A DNA stretch of 64,000 nt from positions 1 to 64,000 of the IMG/VR virus record IMGVR_UViG_3300047157_000162; one strand, written 5' to 3'. The notes below the pieces were generated by a model that worked only from the letters and a program-made list of their open reading frames with translations, searched no databases and was not told where the DNA came from. The number at the start of each line of letters is the position of its first letter. Positions within the stretch are counted from its first letter, which is position 1. A program made the position numbers and the translations under genes. Origin of the DNA: a virus. This document shows, one piece after another, positions 38,201 through 48,257 of this stretch.

Positions 38201-39102
38201 GCTTCTTCTTGAAGCAATTCAGCAAAAGTTAAACCAGTTTCCATAGCTCCCATAGTACCAGCCATACCACCAGCAACAGCTCCACCTAATGTAGATACTC
38301 CTGGTAAAGGTATTGCAGAACCAGCAACAGCTCCTGTAGCAGCAGCAGCAGCACCAGCTGCCCTAACTTCATCAGAGCGTAATGAGCTTATTTGATTAGA
38401 AATAGAACTAACTAGCATTGTAGATAGCGTTGAAGGATTGTTAACAACACCTTTTATGAAACCCCAAAAACCACCACCTTCTTCTTCATATATTCTATTA
38501 AAATCTTGCATCTCTGCAGATCCTAAGTTTTTTCTAGCTATTTCTTTGTTTTTGTTTACGAAGTTTAAAACATCTTCGTCAGTAGCTTTATCACCAAGCT
38601 TATATAACTCATATGATGGATCTACTAATTCACCTTGTCTCCAACCTTCTTTAGCCGCTGTAGCTATATCGCTAAAAAAATCAACAAAACCTGTAGCTGA
38701 AAAAAAGCTTTCATCTTCTTCTAAAACATCTCTTTCAGCTAAATCTTTTTGATATTCTTTAAATTCTTTTTCACTTACTGGCTCCCCGTTTATCACAAAC
38801 GGATCCATTGATTGTGATTCCAAAGAAGTATCTACCGGCGCTAATTCCGTATCTTTTAGTGCAATTTCCCCTTCCTGCGACTCTGCAACTGCACTTGGTA
38901 CATCGTCTGTCGGAAAATCTTCTGCAGAAGAAAAACCAAACTGTGTATTAAATTCATCTATAGATTTAGTGTACTCTCCGTTGTCGTTCAAGGCTTTGTA
39001 AAGTACTTTTGACTTTTCTTCGTTTCCAAATTGTTCTTTAAAATCTTCAAAAGACCCAGTATAATCACCGGCTTCAAATAAACTATTATATAATTCTTCC
39101 AT
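32239..39102 (-). CDS. giant internal virion/DNA-ejection polyvalent protein (membrane segments, HExxH metallopeptidase motif, sigma region-2-like domain, helical C-terminus)
   Basis: 2287 aa after the tail genes; G/A-rich hydrophobic stretch; AHETLH at about aa 648; DNEALV...ELVESF...IIESYKPDESKFSTWVYNNI...SLD at about aa 865-970. Confidence 0.75.
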   Translation of the reverse strand: MEELYNSLFEAGDYTGSFEDFKEQFGNEEKSKVLYKALNDNGEYTKSIDEFNTQFGFSSAEDFPTDDVPSAVAESQEGEIALKDTELAPVDTSLESQSMDPFVINGEPVSEKEFKEYQKDLAERDVLEEDESFFSATGFVDFFSDIATAAKEGWRQGELVDPSYELYKLGDKATDEDVLNFVNKNKEIARKNLGSAEMQDFNRIYEEEGGGFWGFIKGVVNNPSTLSTMLVSSISNQISSLRSDEVRAAGAAAAATGAVAGSAIPLPGVSTLGGAVAGGMAGTMGAMETGLTFAELLQEEAGGLDPDKIKKILQDPEKLADLKNRALNRGVAIAAVEMATLGIAKGVGGKLATAGFKRAPMVAAGVTGGVEIAGGGLGEVAGRYVADQEMDVAEIGFEAVAGLGSAPLTLGKQALNIQTNLDRIKVNKEINRTEYGNIVDVFKPETKTDDAEIKISKIKNSRKILDEKVDAQVKRAEITKEEGDAIKKNFIKTQGTVNKVKSLNLSEKAEIKIVELQKEKSDLEAQIKEINDKALTGTQSERLDAINKEQDLEIKKDRKEKTLSFAKDAASIGIKSTALSPEDFNKKARELEINNIDKKLDKSKIAEKTNKINNTNYSDNSGGFFANGEFFMNKDRLVELNQLNVGAHETLHPILNAIVGDADQQGAVVEEFKNQLSKDQLDFMERMMEARYTDKETGIVNKDTYNKEYLTVFSDAIADKEIKYNETLFTKIGDMLMPLFRSLGFSKLNFDTGKDVYNFMREYSKSAEKGAISKDIKQFVAPKLGVTTDFSKTKQSDFSNVNQEKIQSLEQELETLDENEFEYDPDEFDALRSNLQYKIIQAKKAPVKKPVVKKEKAEKEETTKKTYDNEALVETIKSKETTRKDKAAAESELVESFDTMALKAIKYDTRKGDLDRTEVRDYLRQFLPKIIESYKPDESKFSTWVYNNIAPKAQQTYEKFRKIADKSLDVKAGEVGSVAEVASTTDTKSVETTKKPSRKIKPIELIRDLGLQKKYRDAVKSMVESGKATIDGSTFGNLKDLAAEVTAEIFDIPVLKVTDPADNLAFKDVVVDNKNIESIKKYYPEAKVGMIIKSESSKIQDIIKSMGPDLFKLMPPNNVAPELATVDAQAYKSVKGTGLKIPTSLMKAFYEATGKRSKGVTSQVVIKELKKDLTYEQFLEDLGIKKGEANKYDRKIGQRLKAITMLFGKLATNTEIRQLDNVTDVQKQNIQAGKSDIQFSKISNAYKATTNKEANVDFNDEQKVNKFKKDIFDVFDSFSEDDFVKYILPTASKGYNYKWKTVNGKSVYSEDFKNVRNIAFEGRSDFFKSYNEHREKKGLKQITHEKGDRLVEYTDIDGNSKKIKLSVLKKQSSEGINSGKFFETIKERINIAKDQRKGLKKILKTLIKYNKKNPNDKTFIPMIFTMMNSNTDSLIRTAAIPKWIMYVNGLSDSDYVYEHSQTASDTSVELMKALYNSKTEAEFNSMFDKIMKNFDVAIIPKDQDSIVNKTNKMNGPRKGDSKSDYSLDLIYPDEKGFPTRYKYANENNGANISLTPILDFSESKNVKSIKELYKSTLQASKSNNDTLPKSKRLKGNFTMDQVLDEMKSLDDQQSEAGIQFSNIQNLDKDFNDILEKKSGIASDKEYKRVKAETVGASKGRFKFFIPPSAEDFVGLLYATLGKGRTGDAQMAWYKKNLLNPFARAMENISRDRNALGRDFRELKKKLKIVPKDLKKKIPGDSFTKEQAVRVWIWNQIGEDVPGLDKSDIDSLVKYVDSNPDLKVFGTEIMKLNKGTGYISPTDSWNTGTITTDLLETLNTNKRKKYLELWQQNVDIIFSEKNLNKLEAIYGKQYRMAMENILKRMKTGRNRSTGVDSLTTRVTDWLTGSIGAIMFFNTRSAVLQTLSAVNFINFGDNNILAAGKAFANQKQYWTDFKKLFNSEFLIERRDGLKMNVNEADIADIAKERGVRGVINKLLKLGFTPTQIADSFAIASGGATFYRNRVKSLMKQGKSSMAAEREALRDFREIAEESQQSSRPDRISQQQAGPLGRIILAFANTPAQYARLIKKAASDLKNGRGDAKTNISKIIYYGVAQNLIFNALQQALFAITFGEDEEEDEKKVVGIANGMLDSILRGTGIGGAVFTVIKNAGIKLAKESAKDNPKYENAASELLKLSPPISSKISKLKAAGRSFSWDEKEIKEKGFSLDNPAYLAGANVISATTNVPLDRVVKKINNVTASTQENISVAQRVALLAGWSEWQLGIKKSKKSKSRKNVRGKSSKRRVLN

Positions 39103-39127
39103 GTAATTCTATTTAATACTATTTATT

Positions 39128-40594
39128 TTATAAGTTATCGTACTTACCACCATTCTTTTTGCTAAGTATTTTTCTAATAGCTTCTAGCTTAGCATTTTTC
39201 TCAGATGAACTTCCTTCACCAGCTTTTATCATAGCTTTAGCGTATTGCATCATGCCATCTTTAGTGTCTAAGTCTATAGTTCTTTCTAAGTCTTCAAATT
39301 CACCAGCTTTTTGACCTGACTTTGTTGTAGTAAATATTTTAACTTTACCCATACCACCTTCTTCTGCTGGATCTTCAAATATAGTGCTAGTAATTTCTTC
39401 TACGCCTTGACCAAAGTTAACAGCTGCGTTAGGCAGTTTTCTTTCTCTAGCGTATCTTCTTAAATCATCTACAATTAATTTTGCAGATTCTCTACTACTA
39501 GCAGCTTTTTTATCAAAAGACGTTGGTTTATAATCGCTAGGTTTAGTTGTTCCAAAGTTTTTACTTGTATTGAACTTAGCGTTAGTATCTACAACATAGT
39601 TTAAATAAGCTTCTTGAATTTTAACTAAATCAGGATCAGGTATTAAATTACCTTCTTTATCTCTTTGCTGGGACCAAGAGCTTTTTTGCTCCATCTCCAT
39701 ATTACCTTTAGACAATACATCATTGTAAAAGGTTATTGCTTCGTTTGTTGGTAACCCAACTATAACGGCATTAACGTCTTCTTTAGCTTGCTTTTTAATG
39801 TATTCTTTATCTGGAAGTCTAGTGTAATAAATTGTCCCGTTTTCAGCTCTAAATTGTTTTGGCTCTGAGTTAGCATATACCATTGAAGTAACAGCATTTA
39901 AATCTAATTTATCTTCTAGTAATTTTTGAGTATCTGTTGTTTGTTTAGATAGGTTAGGTACGTAATCAGGTTGAGCTATACTACTCATGTCTTTGTTTAT
40001 AATACTACCAATTAGTTTGTCGTCTTCGTTATAAACGTCTATGTATACAACTGGTCCATCAGGTCCAGACATGTCATATCTAGCTTCTTTTCTACCAGGT
40101 GCGTCTTTAAAGCCATATAATATATCAAGTGCTTCTAAGTTCTCAGGTTTATTAGCTAAAGAAAAACCACCTTGATTACCCATAGGTATAGATCTTTTTT
40201 CTAAATATTCTTGCTGACCAGCCGAAGTATTTTGTAGTACGTCACCTATATGAGTACCTGCATATTGCATATTTCTTATAAAGTTCTTATCTTCTTGAGA
40301 TCTTTCGTTTGCAGGTATTTTATATATAGAGTTAAGTATATCTATTTGTTCGTTTAAACCATTAAAGTTTATTGACTTATTTTTAGACTGAGCTTGATAT
40401 ATAGATTGAGCAGCTGCTTCAGATCTTTTCTCAGCTTCTCTAATCATTATTTCATTTTTCCTAGCTCTTTCTTTATTATCAGCTGATATTTTATTTGCTA
40501 ATTTTTCAAATGAACTAGCTACAGACTGTTGCATTTGCCTAATGTACTGGCCTGATTGTCTATCTACAACCTGTTCTGGATTTCTATAACTCAT
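39128..40594 (-). CDS. putative internal virion/ejection protein
   Basis: 488 aa, helical, in the podoviral ejection-protein position. Confidence 0.55.
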   Translation of the reverse strand: MSYRNPEQVVDRQSGQYIRQMQQSVASSFEKLANKISADNKERARKNEIMIREAEKRSEAAAQSIYQAQSKNKSINFNGLNEQIDILNSIYKIPANERSQEDKNFIRNMQYAGTHIGDVLQNTSAGQQEYLEKRSIPMGNQGGFSLANKPENLEALDILYGFKDAPGRKEARYDMSGPDGPVVYIDVYNEDDKLIGSIINKDMSSIAQPDYVPNLSKQTTDTQKLLEDKLDLNAVTSMVYANSEPKQFRAENGTIYYTRLPDKEYIKKQAKEDVNAVIVGLPTNEAITFYNDVLSKGNMEMEQKSSWSQQRDKEGNLIPDPDLVKIQEAYLNYVVDTNAKFNTSKNFGTTKPSDYKPTSFDKKAASSRESAKLIVDDLRRYARERKLPNAAVNFGQGVEEITSTIFEDPAEEGGMGKVKIFTTTKSGQKAGEFEDLERTIDLDTKDGMMQYAKAMIKAGEGSSSEKNAKLEAIRKILSKKNGGKYDNL

Positions 40595-40609
40595 GTTTTA
40601 TTTTTTTTA

Positions 40610-41411
40610 TTAACTTTCAAATGCTCCTCCTGCTACCGCTGATCCAAAAGTAGAAGCAAGTCCACCAATCATACCTGTCAAAGCACCTGTTCTATCAGCG
40701 CCTGCTTGTGCTTGTCTAGCTTCAGCTCCTGATATTTGAGCAGAAACTCTATCTAGTTGTTGCATTTCTCTTTCTTCTTTAGCTCCAAAAGTAAACGCAG
40801 CTCCTTGAGCTCTAGCTCCTTGAACTCTTTGACCTTCACTTATTTGAATACCTTGCAGTCTTTGTTGCTCAGCCATTTTTTGGTCTTGAAGTTGTTGCTC
40901 TCCTTGAGCTCTTAGTTTTTCGTTTTGAGCTTCTTGTTGTTCAATACTAGCTGATACACCTTTTTTACTTGATAAAGCTGCTTGAGCTAAAGCAGTTGCC
41001 CACCGGCACCAGCTCCAGTAGATCTTATAGTGTCTAAAGTATTAGCTAATGATATATCAGCTTGCTCTATTTCCATTTCAGCCGCTTGAGTAGCTACACT
41101 TAAGTTAGCATATGGATTAGTTAATTGACTACTAAGATCTTGAGCTAAACCAGCTTAAATTACTTACACCAGCGTAAGGATCGGTTATAGGTTGTCTACT
41201 AGTTTTCTAATGTACTTAATTTTCTATTAAGTTTTGCTTTTTTCTCTGCTAGCTTGCTCTTTTCTCTTCTTTTTAGCAGCTTCCACCGCCGAATAAGACC
41301 GCTATAATCTGAACACCTCCTGATATTAAAGCAACAGCCATAGCTGTTAAGGGTTCTAGCCATTTGAACATTGCCTTGTCCAAAGAAAAATATTTCTAAA
41401 AATTCTATCAT
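40610..41411 (-). CDS. putative small ejection (pilot) protein, broken by several frameshifts
   Basis: fragments 41199..41411 and 40610..40876 with coding-like Q/A-rich sequence between; G-rich hydrophobic ends. Confidence 0.5.
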
Positions 41412-41423
41412 GTTGTTTGTTTT

Positions 41424-42833
41424 TTATCTTCCATAAGTTGCAGCCTACTGCAAATAATTCTTTTAATCCACCTGGATCCGTTGTAGCATCTGTTTTCATA
41501 GTTACTGTAGCATAGTAGGCTTTTATACCTGTACTGCTAGGCCCCATTATTACCTGTCCAGCTATAGGTGTAGGTGAATTGTTTGGTATCGCTGCTACAT
41601 ATCTGTTTTGTTTTCTATCAAATCCTGCTCTATATTGGACATTATTATCTAAGTAAGCGCCTTCATCATAGCTATATATTTTAGTATAAGCGTTAGGAGT
41701 ACTAACATCTACTGTTGCCTGATTAACATTATTAGTCCAGTTGCCATTTAATTCGTCTGCACCGGTTTCATCAGAAACTAAAGATATAACTTCCCATCCA
41801 TTGCTACCTTCGTAATTAATTGTTTTAAAAGTTTTTATCTTGTAGGCTCTGGATTTAAAACAAACTTAACAGAAGCATCATTATTTACCCCGTAGAATTG
41901 ACCTCTTGGTATAGGATTATTGCTATTATCAGTTAAAGAGTAATGCTTATATCCAGAATCTAAATTAGTTGTATAAAATTGTCCCTGAGAGCCAAACATA
42001 AAACTAGGTTTATATGTGTAAAAACTATTCCATCCATTTATATTTTCACTAAATGACAATGTTTTATAGTCTCCATTTGATTGCTGTAAAGACATTGTAT
42101 AACTTTTATTATATATATCATAACCACCTATAATCTTACCTGTTGATGAAACTAAACCAGATTGATCTCTGAAAAAATCAACCATACCATAGTTAGATAT
42201 TTCGGTTATTCCATCCATAGATAATCTAAGTACAGCATTTCTATTTCTGTCAGCAAAGTACTTTTGATAACCATAAACAGCAAAAGATTCAGGATTTGTA
42301 GATATACCAAATTCACCGGCATAGGCTATTATTTGACCTATAACTAATTTAGCAGATGTTGTTATAGCACCGCCTTCAGCAGAGTATATAGCGTCTTTAT
42401 CTATTAAAGCTCTATTTACTTTTCTTTCTTGAAATATAATTAAGTTAGTATCTTCAGCATAAAGCTTTTGTATACTACCATTAATAGGATCTACACTCCT
42501 AGTTATTTCTTCTGCAACACTAAACTCATTAGTTCTATTTATACCTGTTCTTGAATTTAATACACCTGAATATATTAATGAATTTGAAAGCCTTGATTGA
42601 TTATCGTTATCTTCAACTAAATAAGCTTTAACCCCGTAATCAGTGGATGTATTATTGTAACCTCCCCTAATTCTAGATTCCTCAATATACCAGTCTTGAT
42701 CAGCGTCTTCTACTTGAGGAGCTGACCATGGTAACGATGTAATAGTATTATCCACCAAATCTTCATAAGGTACATCAGATATCTTTTTAACCGCGTAAGC
42801 GTTAAAGTATGGTACTTCAAGTGTTATAGACAT
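41424..42833 (-). CDS. tail stabilisation/nozzle-like protein (frameshifted near 41840 and 41445)
   Basis: ORF 41835..42833 continues in a shifted frame as IKTFKTINYEGSNGW...GIKAYYATV...ELFAV; YAGEFGISTNPESF motif. Confidence 0.65.
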
Positions 42834-42842
42834 ATTGTATTT

Positions 42843-42867
42843 ATTACTTGTTTTTTAATTTTATTAC
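42843..42867 (-). promoter_or_regulatory. class 2 promoter motif
   Basis: minus strand GTAATAA-N11-AAGTAAT just upstream of the 42833 start. Confidence 0.55.
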
Positions 42868-45800
42868 GGTCCACAGCTGCTACCTGGGCCTTGCGAATAT
42901 ACAGCATCTCCAAATTTTACATGGAAAATTCCTGCATTAGTACTACCATTACAGTTAGCACCTGCCATTTTAGAAGCAATAACCCTGTATTCTCCAACAG
43001 CATCAAATTCCCAATAATCCTCAACAAAAGTAGGTCCGCTATTATCGATTGATATTCTTTTATATCCTATAGGTGATCCAAAAGTATTACCATTTGCTAA
43101 TTGAGCTGTAGCCCAAGAAGAACTACTTGTTGCTCTGTATTGAACTAAATAATCAACATATACATCATCACTTAAAACTGTTTCTCTTTGTAAGTAAGGT
43201 TTTATATACATTTTACCTTGTGTTAAAGCACCTGTTGTTTTAGGGTTAAAAGTAGATCTGTATTTAGCATTATATATTTTATTTGGAGGGTATGCCGTAT
43301 TAAATGGTGTCCCTGCATAAGTACCACTAACTTGCTCATTAGTTCCGTAAGCAAGGAATTGATATTCTATATTTTCATTACACTCAGCGTTCGTGCCTCC
43401 TTGTCTTCCCGCGCATATAGTTTGCGGTACCGGATCTGTACCAACAGTAAATGAAATAGTACACGTATTTGATAAGCCGAAGCCGTTAGCATCTGTAACT
43501 TTAACAATTATGCTATACACATTTTCGTTAACCAAAGTACCTGAGTTTGCCGTTAAAGCACCTGAAGAACTTATACTAAATCCATTTAATATAGCTTGAG
43601 CGTTGCTTGAATCTAGCTCAAAAATTAACTGACTTTCTTCGTTTCCACCTGCAACATTGCTTCCGTTTTCAGCTTCAAAGCTATAAATAGCAGTAGTTCC
43701 TGTAGTTATTCCTGTTAAAGTAAGAGGGCAACTAGCAGGTAAAATGAAAGAAGGTTGAACATTGGTAAGCGTTGCAGTGTATGTTGTATTATCAGTGTAT
43801 TCTTCTCCAGCAGTTGGTTCGTATACTGTTTGAAAAGTTAAATTATAAACATCATTTGAAGGATTACTAGTTGAACTTTCACTGTACCAGAAATATGATC
43901 CAGCGGCTGTTTTTAATTGGTACTCCGCATCTATATTTGAATAGACTAATTGAAATTGATTGGCTATATTGTTATTTTGTCCTACATCACTAGCTCTATA
44001 AGCTGATAATATAGCAGGTGAAGATGTAAACAAAGCATTATTTGTTATATTAACACCAGAACCATCTTTCCATATTATATTACTACCGCCTATTTGACTT
44101 CCAGGAGCAAGACTTTCTGGGAAAGAAGCAAAGTTATTTCCATCAATACCTATAATTCCTGAATATTGACTATTTATTATTTCATTCAAAACACCGACCT
44201 TACCCTGTAGTGAAGTTTCGTAGAATAATTCTAGAACTGACTCAAATGGTTTTGTTTCAGCTATTGATAAAAATGGCTGCATACTTACTATAAGTCCATT
44301 AGCTGTTGTTCTATCTCTGTCTGTTGTGTAAGCACCTATAGGGCCAGGATTAGTTGGTGTTATTCCAGTTTTAGGTGTTTTTCCATTTTGTGTAGTGCTT
44401 ATTTGCACTATAAAGGGGTTAGAATCTGAATCGTATAATGGCTGTAGCTTTGGTGCTTGCCCCCAAGGTATAGAACCAACAAACCTTGTAACTTCTTCAT
44501 TAGGTGTTACTGTAACGTCAGTAAATTGCACAGTAGCTCCGTATTCTCCCTCGGGAGCATCTGCAACAAAAGGAATAGCTGAAATTTCTAAATCTCTAAC
44601 TGTTGATATAGTAGTTACTCTTTGACTTAATAAATCTGGGTAATACTGTTTATTCCAAGGTGTAAATTTTTGAGGATATCCATAAGGTCTATTACCAGCT
44701 GTTGCATTTGTATTTATAGCTGGATTATTTACTCTTATAAAAAGAGTTTCACTACTACTATATTCTCTATCATTAGGCCCTACTTCGTTTAAATCTCTAG
44801 GTACTTTATTTATATTGTCACTAAGTAATACAGAGAAAGATGTTTTATCTTTTTCTGTTGAATTTAGTATAGGATAACCGTTTACAAAACCAGGCAGATA
44901 TACATTGTAGTATTCTTGCTCTTGTTGTTTAACAACTATTTTGTATGAATACCAACCTAAAGGATTATAAGCACTAGATGTAGGGTCACCATTGTATACC
45001 CCGGGCTGACCTCCTGTGTTTTCAGTACCTATAGCAGAATCTATCCTAACGCTTAAAGCATCACCTAGCCAATCTATAACCTTAGAGTTGTTTTCTTGTT
45101 GAGCATACGTTTTGTATGGTGCATATACGGTTGATCCACCTTCTTCATTTTCATTGTAGTCATGTGAAGATAATACAACATTTGATTGCCTACCGTATCT
45201 ATCAACCAATATAAAACCTACTTGATAAGTTCTGTTTTGTTTTAAAGTGTGAGCTGGATATTCTACTGTATTAGTACTATAAGCATCTCTATCTTTTACT
45301 ATAGCAGCATAAGGTATATTAGGTGGACTTGAATGTTTATCTATGTAATTACCATAAACAACCCTATTTCCTATAATTTCTTGTGACAATGCTTTCACAG
45401 GTACTTTGTCATATACCCTAGTAATGTCGTCGCCGGGAAGTGTTTTATATGGCTTACTAGAAGCATAGTTGTAAGGGTAGTAATAAGTGTCATTATCCCC
45501 GTGAACAGGATCATACCACTCTATATATTCTAAAGCGGTTGACTTGTTAGGCAGGTTTATTATATCTACAGTATTTAAAACCTTTACAGCTAGAGCATCA
45601 GACTCTTTATAAAGTATATCTATATCTTTTATTAAAAGATTATCTATGTTTTGTTGTAGCGTATTATAAGGAAGAGGTATTTTTAATAGTATATTTTGAA
45701 CATTGTTTTCAAACCATGCAATTATAGTTGATTTGTAAGCATCATCCATGTCCTCGGTTAAAGATTTTCCTCCTCCACCAAAGTTACTAAATTGTTTAGG

Positions 45801-47042
45801 TATAAATATAGGTTGTGTAAAAGGAGCCATTAAAGAATGTTCATTATCTTCAAACTTAAACCTGTAACTAAATCTAACAAATTTATCTTCTAAGAATTTA
45901 GAATTAGAGTCTTGTTGAGACCACAAAGGATCGTAGTCTTTATTAACACCTAGCTTAATAAAAGCAGATGCGGGTATCGGTAAATTTATAGGCGCATTAG
46001 ATAACGTAATTTGCCAATCCAGAGTGTCTCCCCCGAAACCTGTCGCTGTGGTTGCGCTTGTTATAGAGGTATTATTTGGTAGATAATTAACTGCGCCAGC
46101 TACATCAGTTATCACGACTAAATCACCTAATTTAGGTATAACAGATGCTTCTCCGTTTAAAGCCGGTAAAGTTACTTGATAAATAGTAGCAACACCGGTG
46201 CCTGATGTAGTAAAAGATTGTATCTTAATACCGTTAGAATTATATTCGTTTGTTTTGTTAGTAGCTGTTGACCTTGTTATAGATAATTTTTCACCAAGAC
46301 TAACAGTCACTGACTTTGATAAAGTTATTGTATTAGCTACTCCTCCTGGATTTACCGATACAACGTATACTCTATTGTCCCATCCACTAGGCACTGTTAT
46401 TGTTTCTAATGGAAACACTGCATCACCTGGATTTATACCAGTAGAGTCACTTACACTTACAGTACTAGATGTTACTGCAGATGACGCTGTAACAACAATT
46501 CTATCTATAGTTATAATAGGCTCACAAGGAGCATACTTAGCTACGGATATTTGATCTTCTTTTGTATAATGATTAGTATTTTTAGCTAGCGTTACGTTTA
46601 TTTTACGAGGTTGGTTTAAGTTATCTGTGAAAAATAAAAGATCTTCCACTAAGTTAACTCCAATTACTGGAAACGACTGATTAAAATTTAAAAAAGCACC
46701 ACTTACTAGTGTTTCTTTGTTATAATTACCAGATAAAGATAACTCGTATATATAATTATTTGAAGAACTGTTGTATGTTCCACTTGCATCATTGTGATCA
46801 GTTGCAAAAATAAACACCCTATTGTTAGATTCGTCTACATAAAAACCTATTATAATAGCTGAATTTTCTGTTTGTGATATTGATTTATTACCTAAAATAT
46901 TTTCAAATTCACCAACGGTAGAACCCTCTGATCTGCTTAAGCAAAGGTTAATAGCTTCTCTATATTCACCGTTAGGTAATATACGAGAGTCAAGATCTTG
47001 ATTCATCTTGCCTTTAAGAAATGTATTTTTAATTTCAGCCAT
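42864..47042 (-). CDS. large tail structural (stabilisation/tubular-B-like) protein with Ig/cadherin-like inserts
   Basis: MNQDLDSRILPNGEYREAIN, LFFTDNLNQPRKIN, FSYRFKFEDNE, GNRVVYGNY, YQVGFILVDRYGR. Confidence 0.75.
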   Translation of the reverse strand: MAEIKNTFLKGKMNQDLDSRILPNGEYREAINLCLSRSEGSTVGEFENILGNKSISQTENSAIIIGFYVDESNNRVFIFATDHNDASGTYNSSSNNYIYELSLSGNYNKETLVSGAFLNFNQSFPVIGVNLVEDLLFFTDNLNQPRKINVTLAKNTNHYTKEDQISVAKYAPCEPIITIDRIVVTASSAVTSSTVSVSDSTGINPGDAVFPLETITVPSGWDNRVYVVSVNPGGVANTITLSKSVTVSLGEKLSITRSTATNKTNEYNSNGIKIQSFTTSGTGVATIYQVTLPALNGEASVIPKLGDLVVITDVAGAVNYLPNNTSITSATTATGFGGDTLDWQITLSNAPINLPIPASAFIKLGVNKDYDPLWSQQDSNSKFLEDKFVRFSYRFKFEDNEHSLMAPFTQPIFIPKQFSNFGGGGKSLTEDMDDAYKSTIIAWFENNVQNILLKIPLPYNTLQQNIDNLLIKDIDILYKESDALAVKVLNTVDIINLPNKSTALEYIEWYDPVHGDNDTYYYPYNYASSKPYKTLPGDDITRVYDKVPVKALSQEIIGNRVVYGNYIDKHSSPPNIPYAAIVKDRDAYSTNTVEYPAHTLKQNRTYQVGFILVDRYGRQSNVVLSSHDYNENEEGGSTVYAPYKTYAQQENNSKVIDWLGDALSVRIDSAIGTENTGGQPGVYNGDPTSSAYNPLGWYSYKIVVKQQEQEYYNVYLPGFVNGYPILNSTEKDKTSFSVLLSDNINKVPRDLNEVGPNDREYSSSETLFIRVNNPAINTNATAGNRPYGYPQKFTPWNKQYYPDLLSQRVTTISTVRDLEISAIPFVADAPEGEYGATVQFTDVTVTPNEEVTRFVGSIPWGQAPKLQPLYDSDSNPFIVQISTTQNGKTPKTGITPTNPGPIGAYTTDRDRTTANGLIVSMQPFLSIAETKPFESVLELFYETSLQGKVGVLNEIINSQYSGIIGIDGNNFASFPESLAPGSQIGGSNIIWKDGSGVNITNNALFTSSPAILSAYRASDVGQNNNIANQFQLVYSNIDAEYQLKTAAGSYFWYSESSTSNPSNDVYNLTFQTVYEPTAGEEYTDNTTYTATLTNVQPSFILPASCPLTLTGITTGTTAIYSFEAENGSNVAGGNEESQLIFELDSSNAQAILNGFSISSSGALTANSGTLVNENVYSIIVKVTDANGFGLSNTCTISFTVGTDPVPQTICAGRQGGTNAECNENIEYQFLAYGTNEQVSGTYAGTPFNTAYPPNKIYNAKYRSTFNPKTTGALTQGKMYIKPYLQRETVLSDDVYVDYLVQYRATSSSSWATAQLANGNTFGSPIGYKRISIDNSGPTFVEDYWEFDAVGEYRVIASKMAGANCNGSTNAGIFHVKFGDAVYSQGPGSSCGP

Positions 47043-47048
47043 TTAATT

Positions 47049-48251
47049 CTAGTGTTTTATCCATTTAGATTTACCTCTCATTACTTGAACTATTTCATCA
47101 AGTTTTATATTTGATAATCTTAATTTAGCATTTCTTAATTTAGCGCTTCTCTCTTGCTTTAATCTTCTAACTATATATTCAGGTTGGTTTATTCTAGAAG
47201 CTACGATAGCGTGGCTTATATGAGCATATAGAGCCTCTTCTGCTAACTTAGGAACTTGAGTGTCCATATCGTAAGCTAATCCGTCAGATATATACTCTAA
47301 AACTATAAGTGCACCAGCTAAATTACTCGAGAAAGACATCTTGCCTTCTCTGTGGTTTATAGTAAACCATCCGTTTACTTGAGCATACTGAGGATCTAAT
47401 CCGTAGTTTTGACCTAAAAGCTGTTCATCCCATCCCCAATTGTCATATCCTTCGTTATATAAATCTTCTACATTATCTTGATTTATCAAAGTATCATCTG
47501 CTGTTCGCCATCTTTCTTCTGTTATCGATGTTCCCTCAACGTTGTTACCAAAGTTATCTTGTGTTGGTACACCTTTAGAGTCTTGTATTGGGTTTTCAAA
47601 TGGGTTTGTAGTTAAATTGTTTGCAGGATATATAGGTCTTTTAACACCTAATTGATCTATCCAAGATACAGCTGTGTAGTTTACATAATCTTGCGGTATC
47701 ACAACACTTAATTCAGGGGGTATATTTAATTCTTGTGACTTTATACTTTTTAATGTATCATAGCTAAATTCCTGCATTCCACGTTTAGCGTGAAATATTA
47801 TATCAGTTCTTTTACAACTAGGTATTAATTTACCTGTTCCAACATAAGCTATTTGAAAGTTATTTATTACATCTTCTAAAGATATGTAACTGTAACTACC
47901 GTAATTTTCTTCAACAGTATTACCATAAGCATCTCTGTTTCCGTATTCACCACCGCTTAATATTTTTAATTGAACAACAATACTTGTATTAGCTGCTAAA
48001 TTACCTGTAAATGTTATTGTATTACCTGATACAGTATAAGCTGAAGTGTATTCTGTATATGTTAAAACACCGGCGTTTGCGGTGTATAACTTAAAATTAT
48101 TTAAAGCGTAGTTTTGCTGAAGAGGATCATAACTACCAAATACTAGTTCAGTATCAAATGTAGTTGTGAAGGCTTGCCCAGCACCAGCTGCAGATAAGAA
48201 CTTTTGTACACCTGCGTAATATTGCTGATTATTTTCTGTAATTAAGCCCAT
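47049..48251 (-). CDS. tail/neck structural protein
   Basis: IPQDYVNY, LEYISDGL motifs; neck-gene position. Confidence 0.65.
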   Translation of the reverse strand: MGLITENNQQYYAGVQKFLSAAGAGQAFTTTFDTELVFGSYDPLQQNYALNNFKLYTANAGVLTYTEYTSAYTVSGNTITFTGNLAANTSIVVQLKILSGGEYGNRDAYGNTVEENYGSYSYISLEDVINNFQIAYVGTGKLIPSCKRTDIIFHAKRGMQEFSYDTLKSIKSQELNIPPELSVVIPQDYVNYTAVSWIDQLGVKRPIYPANNLTTNPFENPIQDSKGVPTQDNFGNNVEGTSITEERWRTADDTLINQDNVEDLYNEGYDNWGWDEQLLGQNYGLDPQYAQVNGWFTINHREGKMSFSSNLAGALIVLEYISDGLAYDMDTQVPKLAEEALYAHISHAIVASRINQPEYIVRRLKQERSAKLRNAKLRLSNIKLDEIVQVMRGKSKWIKH

Positions 48252-48257
48252 GTATTA

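Noticed and set aside
32239-39102. Giant protein as a crAss-like or N4-like virion RNA polymerase
   Set aside because: I found no DxDxD/DFDID catalytic motif and no T7-type polymerase motifs by eye; a structure search is still advisable.
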